Source: a phage. Taken from it: DNA of 64,000 nt. The stretch lies in NCBI GenBank assembly GCA_025823825.1, contig GCA_025823825.1_4720.1. One strand, given 5' to 3'. Both the position numbers and the translations under genes were made by a program. Within the stretch, counting starts at the first letter, position 1, and the number at the start of each line of letters is the position of its first letter. Positions 1-10,580 of this stretch are shown here, one piece after another. The notes below the pieces were generated by a model. That model was not told the origin of the DNA, did no database searches, and saw nothing but the letters and a program-made list of their open reading frames with translations.

Positions 1-3000
1 TTACTTGTAGGCACCGCAATGGGCTTTGATGAGGAAAAGCACCGCTTGCATCGGTTTATTGAACTGTTGCCATAACGTCAATGCCGGATGGAACAGCCAA
101 TCTTCCAGGCCGAGAACAATACCGTAGTTAACGACATTATTAACATCGTTCTCAACGTTGAGTTCGCTGTCCAGGAATTTATCGATTGAACGCAGGGTCT
201 GCATGGCGTTGTCAGCAATAAGCCAAGCTTCATGCGCTTCACGAGCCGCACGCAGCACTGCCTCCAGTTCGCTGATAGTAGCTACCGGTAATTCCTCGCT
301 GGTGAGGTCGTCAGAAACCGTAAACTGGCGATTGATACCGGTGTAGATCCACTGCATCAGTTTCGCTGCTTCCTCGTTCGGGTTGTTACGCGTTGTCGCA
401 TAAGTCGCGCTCACCTTCACGATGTGTGTTTCACCAAGATACGCTTTGGAACCAATGCCTTTACGATCGCTGTCTTTCCACGGTTGTACGGTAGCGACCA
501 TGAGCTTATCCCATTTCTGAATAGGAATACGCTTCAGACCAACAACCGATCCGGCGGATGTTTCGGACTGGTTGCTCTTCCGCACGTCGCTGAGTTCACG
601 ATCGATAGCAACGATTAATTCACGCGTCATGTTACCAAGCATTTTGATTTCACCCAACGCAGCGATGAGCTTCTTCACATCGGTAACAGGTTCACCATCG
701 ATGGTAAGATGACGGATGAAACGTTTCAGAATAATCCGTTCTGCTGCTGGGTTACCGCGACGCGCTTTAGCCAATGCTTGCTGCGTTTCGGCGAACAGCT
801 TATCCCATGGAGCCGTAGCGGCGGTATAGTAACGGTGGTTGGTTTCAATCCAGTTACCGATACGGTTGACCGCGCTCTTAACGGTATCCATGAATCCTTC
901 CATCGCAATTTCGGTAGCTTCGACGTTACCCTGGAAGTTATCAGGACCGATCTCACGTGCCGCTACCAGAATACCTTCCACCGCGCTCACCGCATGACGA
1001 CCGATAGCCAGATTTCGCTGTGCTTCTTCAGCACGCTCAACGAATTCCACTACCGCAGGATCGTCGACGATTTCCGCCTCGGCAACAACACGAGTACCTG
1101 CATCGCCTTCCAGTGTTTCGATGGTGACAACCGGATCGTTTTCACCAGCAACATCCTGATACTCTTCCTGTTTGAGATCGCCATCATCGGCCGCTGCAAC
1201 AGCGGTGAGTATACGAACGGTAACATCGCCGAGTTCTTTTGCAGCGAATCCGTAAACAGTGCATGCGGTCGTTGCAAAGTTCATCAGAGTACGTGTGCGC
1301 TGCGTGACGTAGCGTGCGCCTGATTCGTTTTCCACTTTGTCTAGATCGCGGAGTAACTGCTCGGCCGTCTCCTGAAGTTGAGTAGCTGCTTTCAGGAGGT
1401 CTTCGTCAAACAGTTTCGTTGACGCATCGATCAGCATTTCAACGCTAACGTTGGACGGTACAGCATCATCCTGCTGTTTCATGGCGCTAAGTTCGTCACG
1501 GAACTCACGAATGCCGTTTAACGCATCGTCGATGGAATATCCGAACGCTTTCACGCCTGCCATTCCAAGAGCGGCTTTCATTTCACCTGGATGCTGAACT
1601 TGCTCGCCTTCCTTGCTGTTCTTTAACTCATCGAAATATTTCTTCGACGCGTCCGCAATACGTTTACTGTCTTTAACCGCATTTACGATCTTATCGACAG
1701 ATTTCGAGTCGTTTGCGAGCAGGGTATCCAGTTTATTCCACTCAACGTCAACCTTCTTGGTGTCGCTCGGCGGAGGAAGCAGTTTCATCACTGGTGCTGT
1801 GCGTTGTTCTTTGGTCAGCTTGTTGGCCTTCTCTTCGATTTTTTTCTTATTAACACCAAAGAGATTTTTCAAACGCGCCACGAGGGCTTTTAAGAACTTC
1901 GCGACCGCTTCGTAAACCGACTTCAGAATCTGTTTAAAGCGACCCGGCTGCTTTTCCCCGTCTTCCAGATTGAGATCGCTGTTCAGTGCGACATCAAGCT
2001 GTTTGTACGATTCCATGATGTATTCGTCTTTGATTTCAGGACGAATCTCGAAGCTTTCCATCGGACCTTCAGCCGGACGGAATTCCATTTTCAGTTCGCC
2101 TTGCAGGGTAGGGTCGACAATGGCGATCGCTTCACCCTGACCATCAGCGTTAAAGCGTTCAGCGTAACGAGTACGGCGAACAATAACACTCTTATCCCCA
2201 TCAAGACGACGTACTACCATGGTGCCAGGAATGTACGGTTGTTCTGTTTCAATGACGGTTACATCTGTTTCACCCTCACCGAGAATAACAGATGCACGCT
2301 GTTCAACAACAGGAACATCTAATACACCACGGGCTTCCAGCTCTTGATGAATTTCGAACGACTCTTGTTTCAGATCTTCATCTTCTTCGTTTTCGTCGCC
2401 TTCATCATCGTCACCTTTGGTGTTTTCATCACCCTTGGTGGTTGTGTCGTCGGTGGCACCAGCGTCAGCGTCGGTGTTAGCAGGTTCTTCGGACGCAGGT
2501 TCGGTGGTGTTGTCCTCCGTGGACGACCCGTCAATGTTATCGACATCAACATCACCTTGCAGTTCTGTTTCCTGAGCAACTGCTTCGGCTTTCTGCTCGC
2601 CGGTATTACCATCATTAGCGTCGACAACAGGTTGTTCGTCAGCGACGGTATCTTCAACCTTTTCTACTTTCTCTACGACATGTTTAATCACGGTGACTTT
2701 GATGGGTTCTTCCGTTGTTTTGGTTTCTGGCGTCACCTCGGCTGCCGCAGCAGCTGTTTCAGCAACAGGTTCTGCTTTTTCCGGTTCGACGACATTACCT
2801 TTAACGCCTTCGGTGGTTTCTGCAGGTTGCGCCGTCTGTTCGATTTGTGCCGGATTGGTCGGATCGATGGCGTTAGCCGCATCCTGAATCTTGTTCTTCA
2901 GGTTGTCACGGTCAGCGTTAACGGTCGGGTCATTGGTTACTTTCGGTGCCGGGGTTTCGGTCGGCGCGTTTGCTGGATATGGGTTCTTCGGCTCTTCGCC

Positions 3001-3378
3001 AGGTGCGGTTGGTACCGCGATCAGAACGAACGGTTGAACGTCGTTACCGTCTTCCATGGTTACGCCGCCGTTACTTGGCGTGAAACGAATTCGCAAACTA
3101 CCATCAATAGGACGGGTCACAATAACAGCGCGTACGACATCTTCACCGTTCTCATCCGTGCTACGAATCACACGAACGGCGTCATCAACAGTAGCCCCTT
3201 CCTCGAGCGTATCTGATTCGATCGTCGCTTCGATGCTGTCTGGCCGTGCCGCTGTAGGTAATGCGATCACCTGCTCTTCTTTATCAGTAGAAAGCGTCGC
3301 TTTGACTTCGATCGGTGTATCGCCGCTTTCCAGGTTAAGATGCGACTTACGCATCAGATCAGCTAACGATTTTTTCAT
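1..3378 (-). CDS. large hypothetical protein (1125 aa) with strongly acidic low-complexity central region; probable virion/morphogenesis protein by context
   Basis: Complete ORF, ATG at 3378 preceded by AAGAGGA, TAA at 1-3; D/E-rich stretch (DDDEGDENEEDEDL); no recognisable catalytic motif. Confidence 0.75.
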   Translation of the reverse strand: MKKSLADLMRKSHLNLESGDTPIEVKATLSTDKEEQVIALPTAARPDSIEATIESDTLEEGATVDDAVRVIRSTDENGEDVVRAVIVTRPIDGSLRIRFTPSNGGVTMEDGNDVQPFVLIAVPTAPGEEPKNPYPANAPTETPAPKVTNDPTVNADRDNLKNKIQDAANAIDPTNPAQIEQTAQPAETTEGVKGNVVEPEKAEPVAETAAAAAEVTPETKTTEEPIKVTVIKHVVEKVEKVEDTVADEQPVVDANDGNTGEQKAEAVAQETELQGDVDVDNIDGSSTEDNTTEPASEEPANTDADAGATDDTTTKGDENTKGDDDEGDENEEDEDLKQESFEIHQELEARGVLDVPVVEQRASVILGEGETDVTVIETEQPYIPGTMVVRRLDGDKSVIVRRTRYAERFNADGQGEAIAIVDPTLQGELKMEFRPAEGPMESFEIRPEIKDEYIMESYKQLDVALNSDLNLEDGEKQPGRFKQILKSVYEAVAKFLKALVARLKNLFGVNKKKIEEKANKLTKEQRTAPVMKLLPPPSDTKKVDVEWNKLDTLLANDSKSVDKIVNAVKDSKRIADASKKYFDELKNSKEGEQVQHPGEMKAALGMAGVKAFGYSIDDALNGIREFRDELSAMKQQDDAVPSNVSVEMLIDASTKLFDEDLLKAATQLQETAEQLLRDLDKVENESGARYVTQRTRTLMNFATTACTVYGFAAKELGDVTVRILTAVAAADDGDLKQEEYQDVAGENDPVVTIETLEGDAGTRVVAEAEIVDDPAVVEFVERAEEAQRNLAIGRHAVSAVEGILVAAREIGPDNFQGNVEATEIAMEGFMDTVKSAVNRIGNWIETNHRYYTAATAPWDKLFAETQQALAKARRGNPAAERIILKRFIRHLTIDGEPVTDVKKLIAALGEIKMLGNMTRELIVAIDRELSDVRKSNQSETSAGSVVGLKRIPIQKWDKLMVATVQPWKDSDRKGIGSKAYLGETHIVKVSATYATTRNNPNEEAAKLMQWIYTGINRQFTVSDDLTSEELPVATISELEAVLRAAREAHEAWLIADNAMQTLRSIDKFLDSELNVENDVNNVVNYGIVLGLEDWLFHPALTLWQQFNKPMQAVLFLIKAHCGAYK

Positions 3379-3393
3379 AAAGCGTTATTCCTC

Positions 3394-4500
3394 TTAAAAG
3401 TAATATTTCAGCGCCTCGCGAGAGACATCAAGCATAGCCGCTGTTGAATTCGTAAAGAACTCGGCATAGCCCACAAGCGGCACCTTGATCCACGCGGTAT
3501 ACGCTGTAAGGTATCGAGAAAGGGCTACCATAGCATCATCAGAAGCAGTAGTAACTGACAACTGACCTTGTTGACGATAAACGTCGTTAAGTTTTGCTTG
3601 TAGATTCCCTGCGATTTCGAGTAACTCGTTGGCGTACTTTTTACGATGGTAACTAACCAGCAAATCAACACCCGTATTTACAGACTCGAGTAGCACACCA
3701 ACTTGTTCTAATGTTGGCGTTGTAACCACCATATCCAGTTCAACGGACGGTACATCCTGGACTTCAAACCGTGCAGATTGAATAGCGAGGGACTGTTGAA
3801 TTGAACCAGAACCTGAGGCGGTAACCTGATCGAGTCGTAGCGTACGGTTGCCCAGTAACGTTACGTTGACGAGTTTCGATTCGTTCAGCGTACTGTAGAC
3901 TTTATGCAATAACGTATACGCATCACGGTTAATCACATCGATTAATGCGGTATCCGTCTGTTTTAAGATAATGTCGAGCGCTCTATCTAACGTATTAGCG
4001 AACTGCTTGAAGTCATCACGGAACGACGAAGACAAGAGATATTCAGCGATTGCTAAATTCTGCTTGTATAACGTATTCCCGGTTGTGAAATCGAACCCAA
4101 AACTGTTCCCATACCGTAGGTGCGGAGCCAACGTCGACGAAGCTTCGAAGCTTTGCGCGATGGGTTTCCGACCAACGGCTTTTGTGTAATGACGGCGGAT
4201 GTTGCTGAGTTCGAGTTGTAGTGCGCGACTACGATCGATAAACCGTGCGATAAACGCGGTAATGTTCCGCAACGTTGTCCAGATCGCATCGATGATGGCT
4301 TTGATGATTTTCATCGCAAGCTGATTGTACGATTCCATCGTGAGGAGATCAGCACTTTCTGTGGTATAACCGGTTGCCGGAATACCGCCTGCTTGCTGAT
4401 AAATAAGCTGGTGAATTTGTCGTTGCGTTGCTGTCTCTGGCACAGGTAATGTTTTTAACAAGCTTAACGCTTGAATCTGTCCGTCATAGGTCTGCAGCAT
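3394..4500 (-). CDS. hypothetical protein (368 aa from internal ATG; track start 4542 gives 382 aa)
   Basis: Internal ATG at 4500 has GAGGAA 7 nt upstream and cuts overlap with upstream gene to 17 nt; the ATG at 4542 lacks an RBS. Confidence 0.65.
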   Translation of the reverse strand: MLQTYDGQIQALSLLKTLPVPETATQRQIHQLIYQQAGGIPATGYTTESADLLTMESYNQLAMKIIKAIIDAIWTTLRNITAFIARFIDRSRALQLELSNIRRHYTKAVGRKPIAQSFEASSTLAPHLRYGNSFGFDFTTGNTLYKQNLAIAEYLLSSSFRDDFKQFANTLDRALDIILKQTDTALIDVINRDAYTLLHKVYSTLNESKLVNVTLLGNRTLRLDQVTASGSGSIQQSLAIQSARFEVQDVPSVELDMVVTTPTLEQVGVLLESVNTGVDLLVSYHRKKYANELLEIAGNLQAKLNDVYRQQGQLSVTTASDDAMVALSRYLTAYTAWIKVPLVGYAEFFTNSTAAMLDVSREALKYYF

Positions 4501-5785
4501 TGCTGGTTTCCTCAAGTTCGAGATGCGCGTCAAGATAATCATTAAGACCGTCGATGACGTCGCAGACAGTTAACAGGAATCGGGCAAAAGCAACCGCCTG
4601 GAAGCCGACGACGTTACGCGCGATACCCACACGTTGAACGATAGCGGATGCGGTGGTATCGTCGTTGTCCATCTGTTGTAGCAAACGCTCGTAAGGTTGA
4701 ATCCATTCGTCCTGGTCGGCAAGGCTTGCTTCAAGACAACGTTTAAATTCCAACTGTCGTAGCGTAGACCATAACGTACTTAATGCGTTGATGATCGCGT
4801 TGGTTCCGTCGATAACATCGTTTAACGGTAAGAAACGGAATCCGTCTTTTGCTGATTGGAAAGATACGGCTTCCCACACAACACTGAACTGCGTTCCTGA
4901 TGCGTCTTCGATGTTGTGTAATTTAAGGTAGGAAGCACCAACAGGAACGTCAACGGCCAGATCGTCTGTTCCGGTAGGTGTTAACGGCTTCTCGCATAAC
5001 GCCTCGTTGATGGCCTCGAGAATATTCTCCCAATAGGCTTCGTTTTCCGCAGCGATACCTTCTTTGTTATCCGCTGATGGTGCTTTTAGTAGCTGCATTA
5101 ATAACGGATCAAGTTGACGGTGCCATGCTGCGAGGATTCCTGTGTTCGTTACGATGTTTTCTGCGGTTTGTCGTAAATCAGCAATACTGCTTACCGCACC
5201 GCCTTTCGGATGGAGATATCGCCAGTTGTAGGGAAAGTTCTCCCAGAATGCGTTATCTTCATCGACGTCGTATTCGGAAATATTTTTCAACGCAGCCGCT
5301 TTCTTTAATAACGGCTTCACCTGACGAACGAATCGACGATAACAACGATTACAGGTATCGATCGCGTAGCGGTATAACTCGTTCATGTAAAGCCATAACG
5401 CTCGGGTTGCTTCTTTTGCGGTCTTGTCAAAACTTTCCATGTTCAGACTCATCCCGCTGGAAGTTTCCTCTTCCAGACCCTCGATGATGTGGTTTGGATC
5501 CATCCCCATCCCGGCTGCTGCGGTCGATGCGATATGTTTGATGGTGTTGATATCGCGTTCCTCGACTTCAGCCATGTTTGGGATAATGTCCAGTCTGAGT
5601 TTATTTAATGTTTGAAGGTGTTGTTCACCTTCTTTCATCACCGTGTTTGTTTCGTCGATTGAGTGAAACTGATTCTCAATATTACCGGCATCGAGAATGT
5701 TGCCAGCGATACCGAACGATTCTACAGGTTCATCATCAATCCCTTGAAACAACGATGTCATGGGTTGTTGTAACACGTTTTCCAT
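4484..5785 (-). CDS. hypothetical protein, member of tandem paralog family (433 aa)
   Basis: ATG with AGGAG upstream; shares conserved core (IASTAAAGMGM...EG...A..ALW) with 5935-7224 and 7234-8550. Confidence 0.75.
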   Translation of the reverse strand: MENVLQQPMTSLFQGIDDEPVESFGIAGNILDAGNIENQFHSIDETNTVMKEGEQHLQTLNKLRLDIIPNMAEVEERDINTIKHIASTAAAGMGMDPNHIIEGLEEETSSGMSLNMESFDKTAKEATRALWLYMNELYRYAIDTCNRCYRRFVRQVKPLLKKAAALKNISEYDVDEDNAFWENFPYNWRYLHPKGGAVSSIADLRQTAENIVTNTGILAAWHRQLDPLLMQLLKAPSADNKEGIAAENEAYWENILEAINEALCEKPLTPTGTDDLAVDVPVGASYLKLHNIEDASGTQFSVVWEAVSFQSAKDGFRFLPLNDVIDGTNAIINALSTLWSTLRQLEFKRCLEASLADQDEWIQPYERLLQQMDNDDTTASAIVQRVGIARNVVGFQAVAFARFLLTVCDVIDGLNDYLDAHLELEETSNAADL

Positions 5786-5892
5786 TTGGGACTCCTACGT
5801 AGGAAAATCTTGGCGGGTGATCATGTCCGCCATTTACCTTCTGAACCGTTGATTCAGAAGTCAAAAGATAACCGGATACCAATGCCATAAAA

Positions 5893-5924
5893 CCTTCCTC
5901 CAACCCAACAGGGAAGGAGGAAGG
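5893..5924. repeat. GC-rich extragenic hairpin element (CCTTCCTCC-N14-GGAGGAAGG)
   Basis: 9-bp perfect stem, loop AACCCAACAGGGAA, flanked by GCCATAA...TTATGC; between co-oriented minus genes. Confidence 0.6.
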
Positions 5925-5934
5925 GATATAGTGG

Positions 5935-7224
5935 TTATGCTTTTTCGGTCGCTGCGTTGAAGTATTTCGCTGCAGCAAATACAGCATCCGCATATTGGCG
6001 TATCGAAGCGCGAAGAATCTTGGTTGACAATACCGTACTTAAACGTGCCATTTCAGAAACCGCGCCTACATAAGGACGGATGGTTTCACGATCGGCTTCA
6101 GGCAGCTTGTCAAGCATGTCGCCCCACTTCGTTTTGATTTTCATACCGTTGAGTTTAGCGGTACGCTCCACAGAACCAGCCAAAGCTTCAACCATGTGGA
6201 AATAAGAGGGGTCGATCGTACGGAACACGTTAAGATAGGAAGTCAACGCACCTTTCAGTTCGTTATCGTCTTTGAAAATGTTTGCGTTCTCTATCTCACC
6301 GGTCACCGTCGTCTCGGCTTCAACCCGAATATTTTTCACCAACGTATAGGCTTTAATCGCGTCACGTTCGTTTTCGACGGCGTCGAGACCTTGAATAACG
6401 AAACGTTTCCCACCACTTTCTGGAAAAACAACTTTATTCAGAGCGGATTTGATAGCCAGCAGGTATTTGTCTAAGATAGACGGAAGCAGAGTTAGGTCGG
6501 TGAGGTCTGCGACCTTTTTATTGATATCGGCTACTTGCTTAAACAATGAATCCATCCCGCTTGCGCTTGCAGCGAGTTGTTCGATATGCTTGCTTGCAAA
6601 CATGGCATTCGCTGATTTCGCATTAGGGAACATATTGACCATATTTTCAGTGGGCTTATCCAGTTGTTTGATATGGCGTTCACCTTTATTCACGGCGGTT
6701 GCGATGCCGACAATTTTGTTGTATGCGACGACCAGGTTCTTGAACAGCATCTGGAGCAGTTTGAACAGTTGTTCAGCGATATTTGCAATGATTACCCAGA
6801 CGGCATATAACGCTTGCGCTGCGCGCTCTTTAAAGCCTTCCAGTACAATAGCTTGCCCTTCCACCAAACGATCGTCAGCTTGGAACATGTCTTCATCAGA
6901 CATCCCCAGGTTTGCTGCTGATGTCGAAGCAATCTGACGGATAAAGGCGACGTCGCTTGCACGTGCTTCAGGGATCGTGGGTGCGATCATATACGCTGTA
7001 TCTTCCAGTGTCGCTGATGTACGCACTGCAATCTCAGCCAGTTCGCTGGATTCATCGATTGCCTCGTCGGTACGTTGAATTACCAACTCAACTTCACCCT
7101 CTTCAATTTCTGCGTTAGGATCGTTCTGCTCCGCCGGAATCGTTGCGAGGAGATCTTCAGCACTCAGTAGAGAGAGTTCGAATGCGTTTTTATTGACGTT
7201 GTCAAAAAGAGAAATGCGGGCCAT
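5935..7224 (-). CDS. hypothetical protein, paralog family member with acidic AxE-rich N-terminus (429 aa)
   Basis: ATG with AAGGA RBS; motif SDVAFIRQIASTSAANLGM...VEGQAIVLEGFKERAAQALYAVW aligns with neighbours. Confidence 0.8.
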   Translation of the reverse strand: MARISLFDNVNKNAFELSLLSAEDLLATIPAEQNDPNAEIEEGEVELVIQRTDEAIDESSELAEIAVRTSATLEDTAYMIAPTIPEARASDVAFIRQIASTSAANLGMSDEDMFQADDRLVEGQAIVLEGFKERAAQALYAVWVIIANIAEQLFKLLQMLFKNLVVAYNKIVGIATAVNKGERHIKQLDKPTENMVNMFPNAKSANAMFASKHIEQLAASASGMDSLFKQVADINKKVADLTDLTLLPSILDKYLLAIKSALNKVVFPESGGKRFVIQGLDAVENERDAIKAYTLVKNIRVEAETTVTGEIENANIFKDDNELKGALTSYLNVFRTIDPSYFHMVEALAGSVERTAKLNGMKIKTKWGDMLDKLPEADRETIRPYVGAVSEMARLSTVLSTKILRASIRQYADAVFAAAKYFNAATEKA

Positions 7225-7233
7225 GTTAGTTCC

Positions 7234-8550
7234 TTAACCTTTGGTATAAGCGTTAACGAGAGTATTGATAAATGAAGTCAGTGCGCGAAGATATTGGTAA
7301 GCGAATTGGTTTTCAATGCGGTTCTCTTTACCACAAAGCAGAATCGCGCGCTTAACGAGCTTAGGATAGATCTCGACATACGGTTGGTAGCTTGCGTCAA
7401 AATTCTGCTCGTTGAAGCGTTTCATGGTGATTTCCTGGATACGCTCCATGGTGCGAATTTTATTGCGAGAGAATATCTCAGAGAAAGCACGTCCGCGTTT
7501 TGTTACCATCAACAAATCTTTCGCGAACGTAAGTTGTCGAACGCTACGCAAATCGTCAGGTGTTGGTAGGACGTACGTTTCTGGATCGTTATCCCATTCA
7601 ACATCTTCAACGACAATATCCAAGTCGAGGTAACGTTTAACAGCATCGATGATATTGTCTTTTGACGCATCGAATTCTTTCAAGAAGACTGCACCGTTGA
7701 CGTAGCGGATGCGTTTCCCGGAAACCGTTGGGGTGATAACATCAGCACCTTCCACGGAACCGCGATTTTCCAGTGTCGATTTGACAGCGTGCAAGAAAGA
7801 CAGATAATCAACAGGAAGTTTTTCAACCTTATCTAAATGGAAGTCGATGATGTTTAACCCTAAACCATCAATAACTGAATAACCGTCCGATTTAAGGAAC
7901 ATCTGATTGAAGGTATCAATGTTGCTTTTCAGCGCGTCTACACCACCAACGTTGTTACGGTTAGGGAAAAGCGTCCGCCACTCCGCTTTAAACGCAACTT
8001 CTTTATTTTCCTCGTATTTGCCTTTGGGCATCTGTTCGAGGGCTGCAACGGCTTTCTGAAAATTACGTGTCTCGTCGTAAACAAGACGGGTAAGCTTCTC
8101 GAAAGCTGCTGCCAGTGTCAGGGCAATATCAACAATGATATCCCAGATCTTTTTCATGGCTTTTACAACGGTGTCCTTAAACCCTTCAACAACCAAAGCT
8201 TCTCCAACTTCAACACGATCGGTTGGAGCTAACAATGTTTCAGAGGGTAGACCCAAAGCAATCGATGCGGATTCTTGAACGTTACGAACCAATGCAACGT
8301 CGCTGTAATTAGCCGATTCGATAGTCGGGGCAACATCAAAACTGATTTCCCGTAATGCTTCAACAGCAGGGAAAGCACGATCAAGTGCATCTTCATGTTC
8401 GTCGATTGTTGCCAAACGTAATTCAACACCGTCCGCGTCGATGACCTCAGCTGTCGGTTCCGCAGCAAGCGCCTCAGCAACAATAGGATATTTTTCAAAC
8501 GCCTCAAGGCTGATATCGCCTTGCGACCCAAATAGCGGTATGTGTACCAT
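7234..8550 (-). CDS. hypothetical protein, paralog family member (438 aa from ATG; track start 8574 is TTG)
   Basis: Internal ATG (MVHIPLF) preceded by GGAGA; motif SDVALVRNVQESASIALGL...VEGFKDTVVKAMKKIW parallels 5935-7224. Confidence 0.75.
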   Translation of the reverse strand: MVHIPLFGSQGDISLEAFEKYPIVAEALAAEPTAEVIDADGVELRLATIDEHEDALDRAFPAVEALREISFDVAPTIESANYSDVALVRNVQESASIALGLPSETLLAPTDRVEVGEALVVEGFKDTVVKAMKKIWDIIVDIALTLAAAFEKLTRLVYDETRNFQKAVAALEQMPKGKYEENKEVAFKAEWRTLFPNRNNVGGVDALKSNIDTFNQMFLKSDGYSVIDGLGLNIIDFHLDKVEKLPVDYLSFLHAVKSTLENRGSVEGADVITPTVSGKRIRYVNGAVFLKEFDASKDNIIDAVKRYLDLDIVVEDVEWDNDPETYVLPTPDDLRSVRQLTFAKDLLMVTKRGRAFSEIFSRNKIRTMERIQEITMKRFNEQNFDASYQPYVEIYPKLVKRAILLCGKENRIENQFAYQYLRALTSFINTLVNAYTKG

Positions 8551-8598
8551 GTGTTGTCTCCAGTAATGATTCAAAAGATAAACCTGAGCGGCATAGAA

Positions 8599-8630
8599 CC
8601 CTCTCCCAACCCGTGAGGGAAGGGAGAGGG
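8599..8630. repeat. GC-rich extragenic hairpin element (CCCTCTCCC-AACCCGTGAGGGAA-GGGAGAGGG)
   Basis: 9-bp stem; loop with inner CCC/GGG pairing around GNRA-type GTGA. Confidence 0.6.
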
Positions 8631-8652
8631 AATATGTCAGTTTATTAACTGA

Positions 8653-9984
8653 TTATTTCTGTTCTGCGTCAGCCGGTTTCTCAGCCGTCTGGCCGCCGTA
8701 CTCTTTCAGCATTTTAGCAACGCCATCCAGAACAGCATTACCTGCCTGAACACCGTACTTCATCAGGCTAACCTGCGGGTTGATGTAGCAAGAACGTGCG
8801 TCTTTCAGTGCAGACAGCACGGTTTTAACACGCTGTTTTTCCTGAGCAGAAACTTCGCCTTTCTTAGACAGTTCAGCTTCCATATCGTCGCCGAATTTAA
8901 CGGCGTCTTTGAAGCCCTGGGATTTCTTACCGATGTTACCTTTCGCAGCCAGCAGTTTATCAGCCAGTGCTTCAACACTGTTGATCACCGCAGCCAACTG
9001 GTTCGGGGACAGTACATCAGCTTCCTGTTCCATCGCGGTGATTGCGTTATTACCGCGTTCCCAGGTAACTTTACCGTCGGTGGTTTTGAATCCCCAACCG
9101 TTCGGACCTTTCACATCAGCGATCGCAGGTGCGTTCAGTTTGTCGGTGTACTCAGTATGTGATTTAGACTTAACGAGTTCAACGAATTTATCCGCACGAT
9201 CGTCAGCCGCCTTCATTGCTTTCTCGAAGGTATCTGCGATTTTGCTTGATGCGCCAGCGATATCGGTATCGCCAATGTAACCGGTAACAGTGGTGCCCAG
9301 TTTAACTTTCGCGTTCTTCGGAGAGCCTTTACGTTTGGCGATCATTTCTTTCAGTTTAGCCGCACGCGCTTTCAGTTTGGTTGCACCGTCGAAGATACGA
9401 TCGATGAACTTCACGAAGTTGTCCCAGGTGGATTTCAGGAAGTTCTTAATTGCGGTCCACAGTTTCTGCCACCATTTTTGTTCTTCCAGGAAGATCATGT
9501 TGGTTGCATCGTAACGGGAAGCGGAACCGCCGAAGCTTTCGAAGGACGGCATGGTTTCCGGCAGTTTGAAACCGATAGTACCACACAGACGTTTCAGATT
9601 ACGCATGTGTTCCTGAGCGGTTTGTGCAGACATACCGCCGTCTTTCAGGTAGCTTTCGGTCGCAACAACGGTTTCCGTCAGTTCATCCATGGCTTCGTCC
9701 ATGGCTTCTGCGGTTTCGTCGTCTTTTGCAATTTCGATAACAACGGCATCAACCTGCTCGATATCACCACGAACTTCGATAGCCAGTTCGGTTTCAGCTG
9801 CGGTATCTTCAGCAATTTCAGCACGTTCGGTCAGTTCAGCGACAACGGTTTCATCCGCTGCTGCAGCATCAGCTGCCGGTTCTGCTTCAACGGTTGCCGC
9901 TGCATCCGGATCGATTTCAGCAGCAAGTTGAACCAGCTGTGCGTTAGATGGATTTGCGACAAGACGATCAAAAATAGAAGGCAT
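8653..9984 (-). CDS. hypothetical protein with very acidic Ala/Glu-rich N-terminal third (443 aa); possible distant member of the same family
   Basis: ATG with AAAGGA RBS; N-terminal 100 aa dominated by A/E/D/T; TAA stop at 8653. Confidence 0.75.
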   Translation of the reverse strand: MPSIFDRLVANPSNAQLVQLAAEIDPDAAATVEAEPAADAAAADETVVAELTERAEIAEDTAAETELAIEVRGDIEQVDAVVIEIAKDDETAEAMDEAMDELTETVVATESYLKDGGMSAQTAQEHMRNLKRLCGTIGFKLPETMPSFESFGGSASRYDATNMIFLEEQKWWQKLWTAIKNFLKSTWDNFVKFIDRIFDGATKLKARAAKLKEMIAKRKGSPKNAKVKLGTTVTGYIGDTDIAGASSKIADTFEKAMKAADDRADKFVELVKSKSHTEYTDKLNAPAIADVKGPNGWGFKTTDGKVTWERGNNAITAMEQEADVLSPNQLAAVINSVEALADKLLAAKGNIGKKSQGFKDAVKFGDDMEAELSKKGEVSAQEKQRVKTVLSALKDARSCYINPQVSLMKYGVQAGNAVLDGVAKMLKEYGGQTAEKPADAEQK

Positions 9985-10049
9985 AATTTTGTTTCCTTTA
10001 CAATAAATTGCACATTAGCTAATGCGGCTTAAGTGAACCGTCAGTTCAC

Positions 10050-10580
10050 TTAAAAGCCCTTAAAACCCGGTGCCATAGGTTGCCCAAACACCGCATTCAA
10101 AGTACATATGATGTCCTGGATACCATTGTCCCAATGGAGCCAAGTACGCACCATCTCTTCGTCTGACAACGCGATATAACTCATAAGTTTACCGCTGCTT
10201 TCCAGACGTTGGTGTGAACTTAACGATTGACGATCTGACCAGTTATCAATCAGTTGTCCAGCAATCTGAACGTTTGTGTCTCGTCTACCCGTGTGAATGA
10301 ATCGTAGCGTATCACGGATAAACTCCAGACTGGTGAAGTTCAGATTTGGGTTATGGCTGTTCATTTCCACCCAATCGGTGATGGGGTACATCAAACGATA
10401 AAGGGTAGAAAGAACCTGACGCTCATATTTCCAATCATCGAGAGGAGTACCGTCGACCAAACGCTGATACAAACTAACAACGTCACGATCGTAGTTCTCC
10501 TGGCGTTTTACGCCGTTAACCGGAAATCCAAAGAACCCGGTACCGTATAACGTTAAAGGGACGTCACGAAGTGCACTCAT
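10050..10580 (-). CDS. hypothetical protein (176 aa from internal ATG)
   Basis: Track start 10712 is TTG and would overlap upstream gene by 136 nt; internal ATG at 10580 forms an ATGA overlap with the stop of 10577-11479. Confidence 0.6.
   Translation of the reverse strand: MSALRDVPLTLYGTGFFGFPVNGVKRQENYDRDVVSLYQRLVDGTPLDDWKYERQVLSTLYRLMYPITDWVEMNSHNPNLNFTSLEFIRDTLRFIHTGRRDTNVQIAGQLIDNWSDRQSLSSHQRLESSGKLMSYIALSDEEMVRTWLHWDNGIQDIICTLNAVFGQPMAPGFKGF

Noticed and set aside
2344-3216. 290-aa plus-strand ORF (plus others such as 709-1323, 9478-10032, 44363-44935, 48664-49050) lying antisense inside long minus-strand genes
   Set aside because: Wholly contained within much longer, RBS-supported ORFs on the opposite strand; low-complexity, Cys/Arg/Phe-rich translations typical of antisense read-through of coding sequence.
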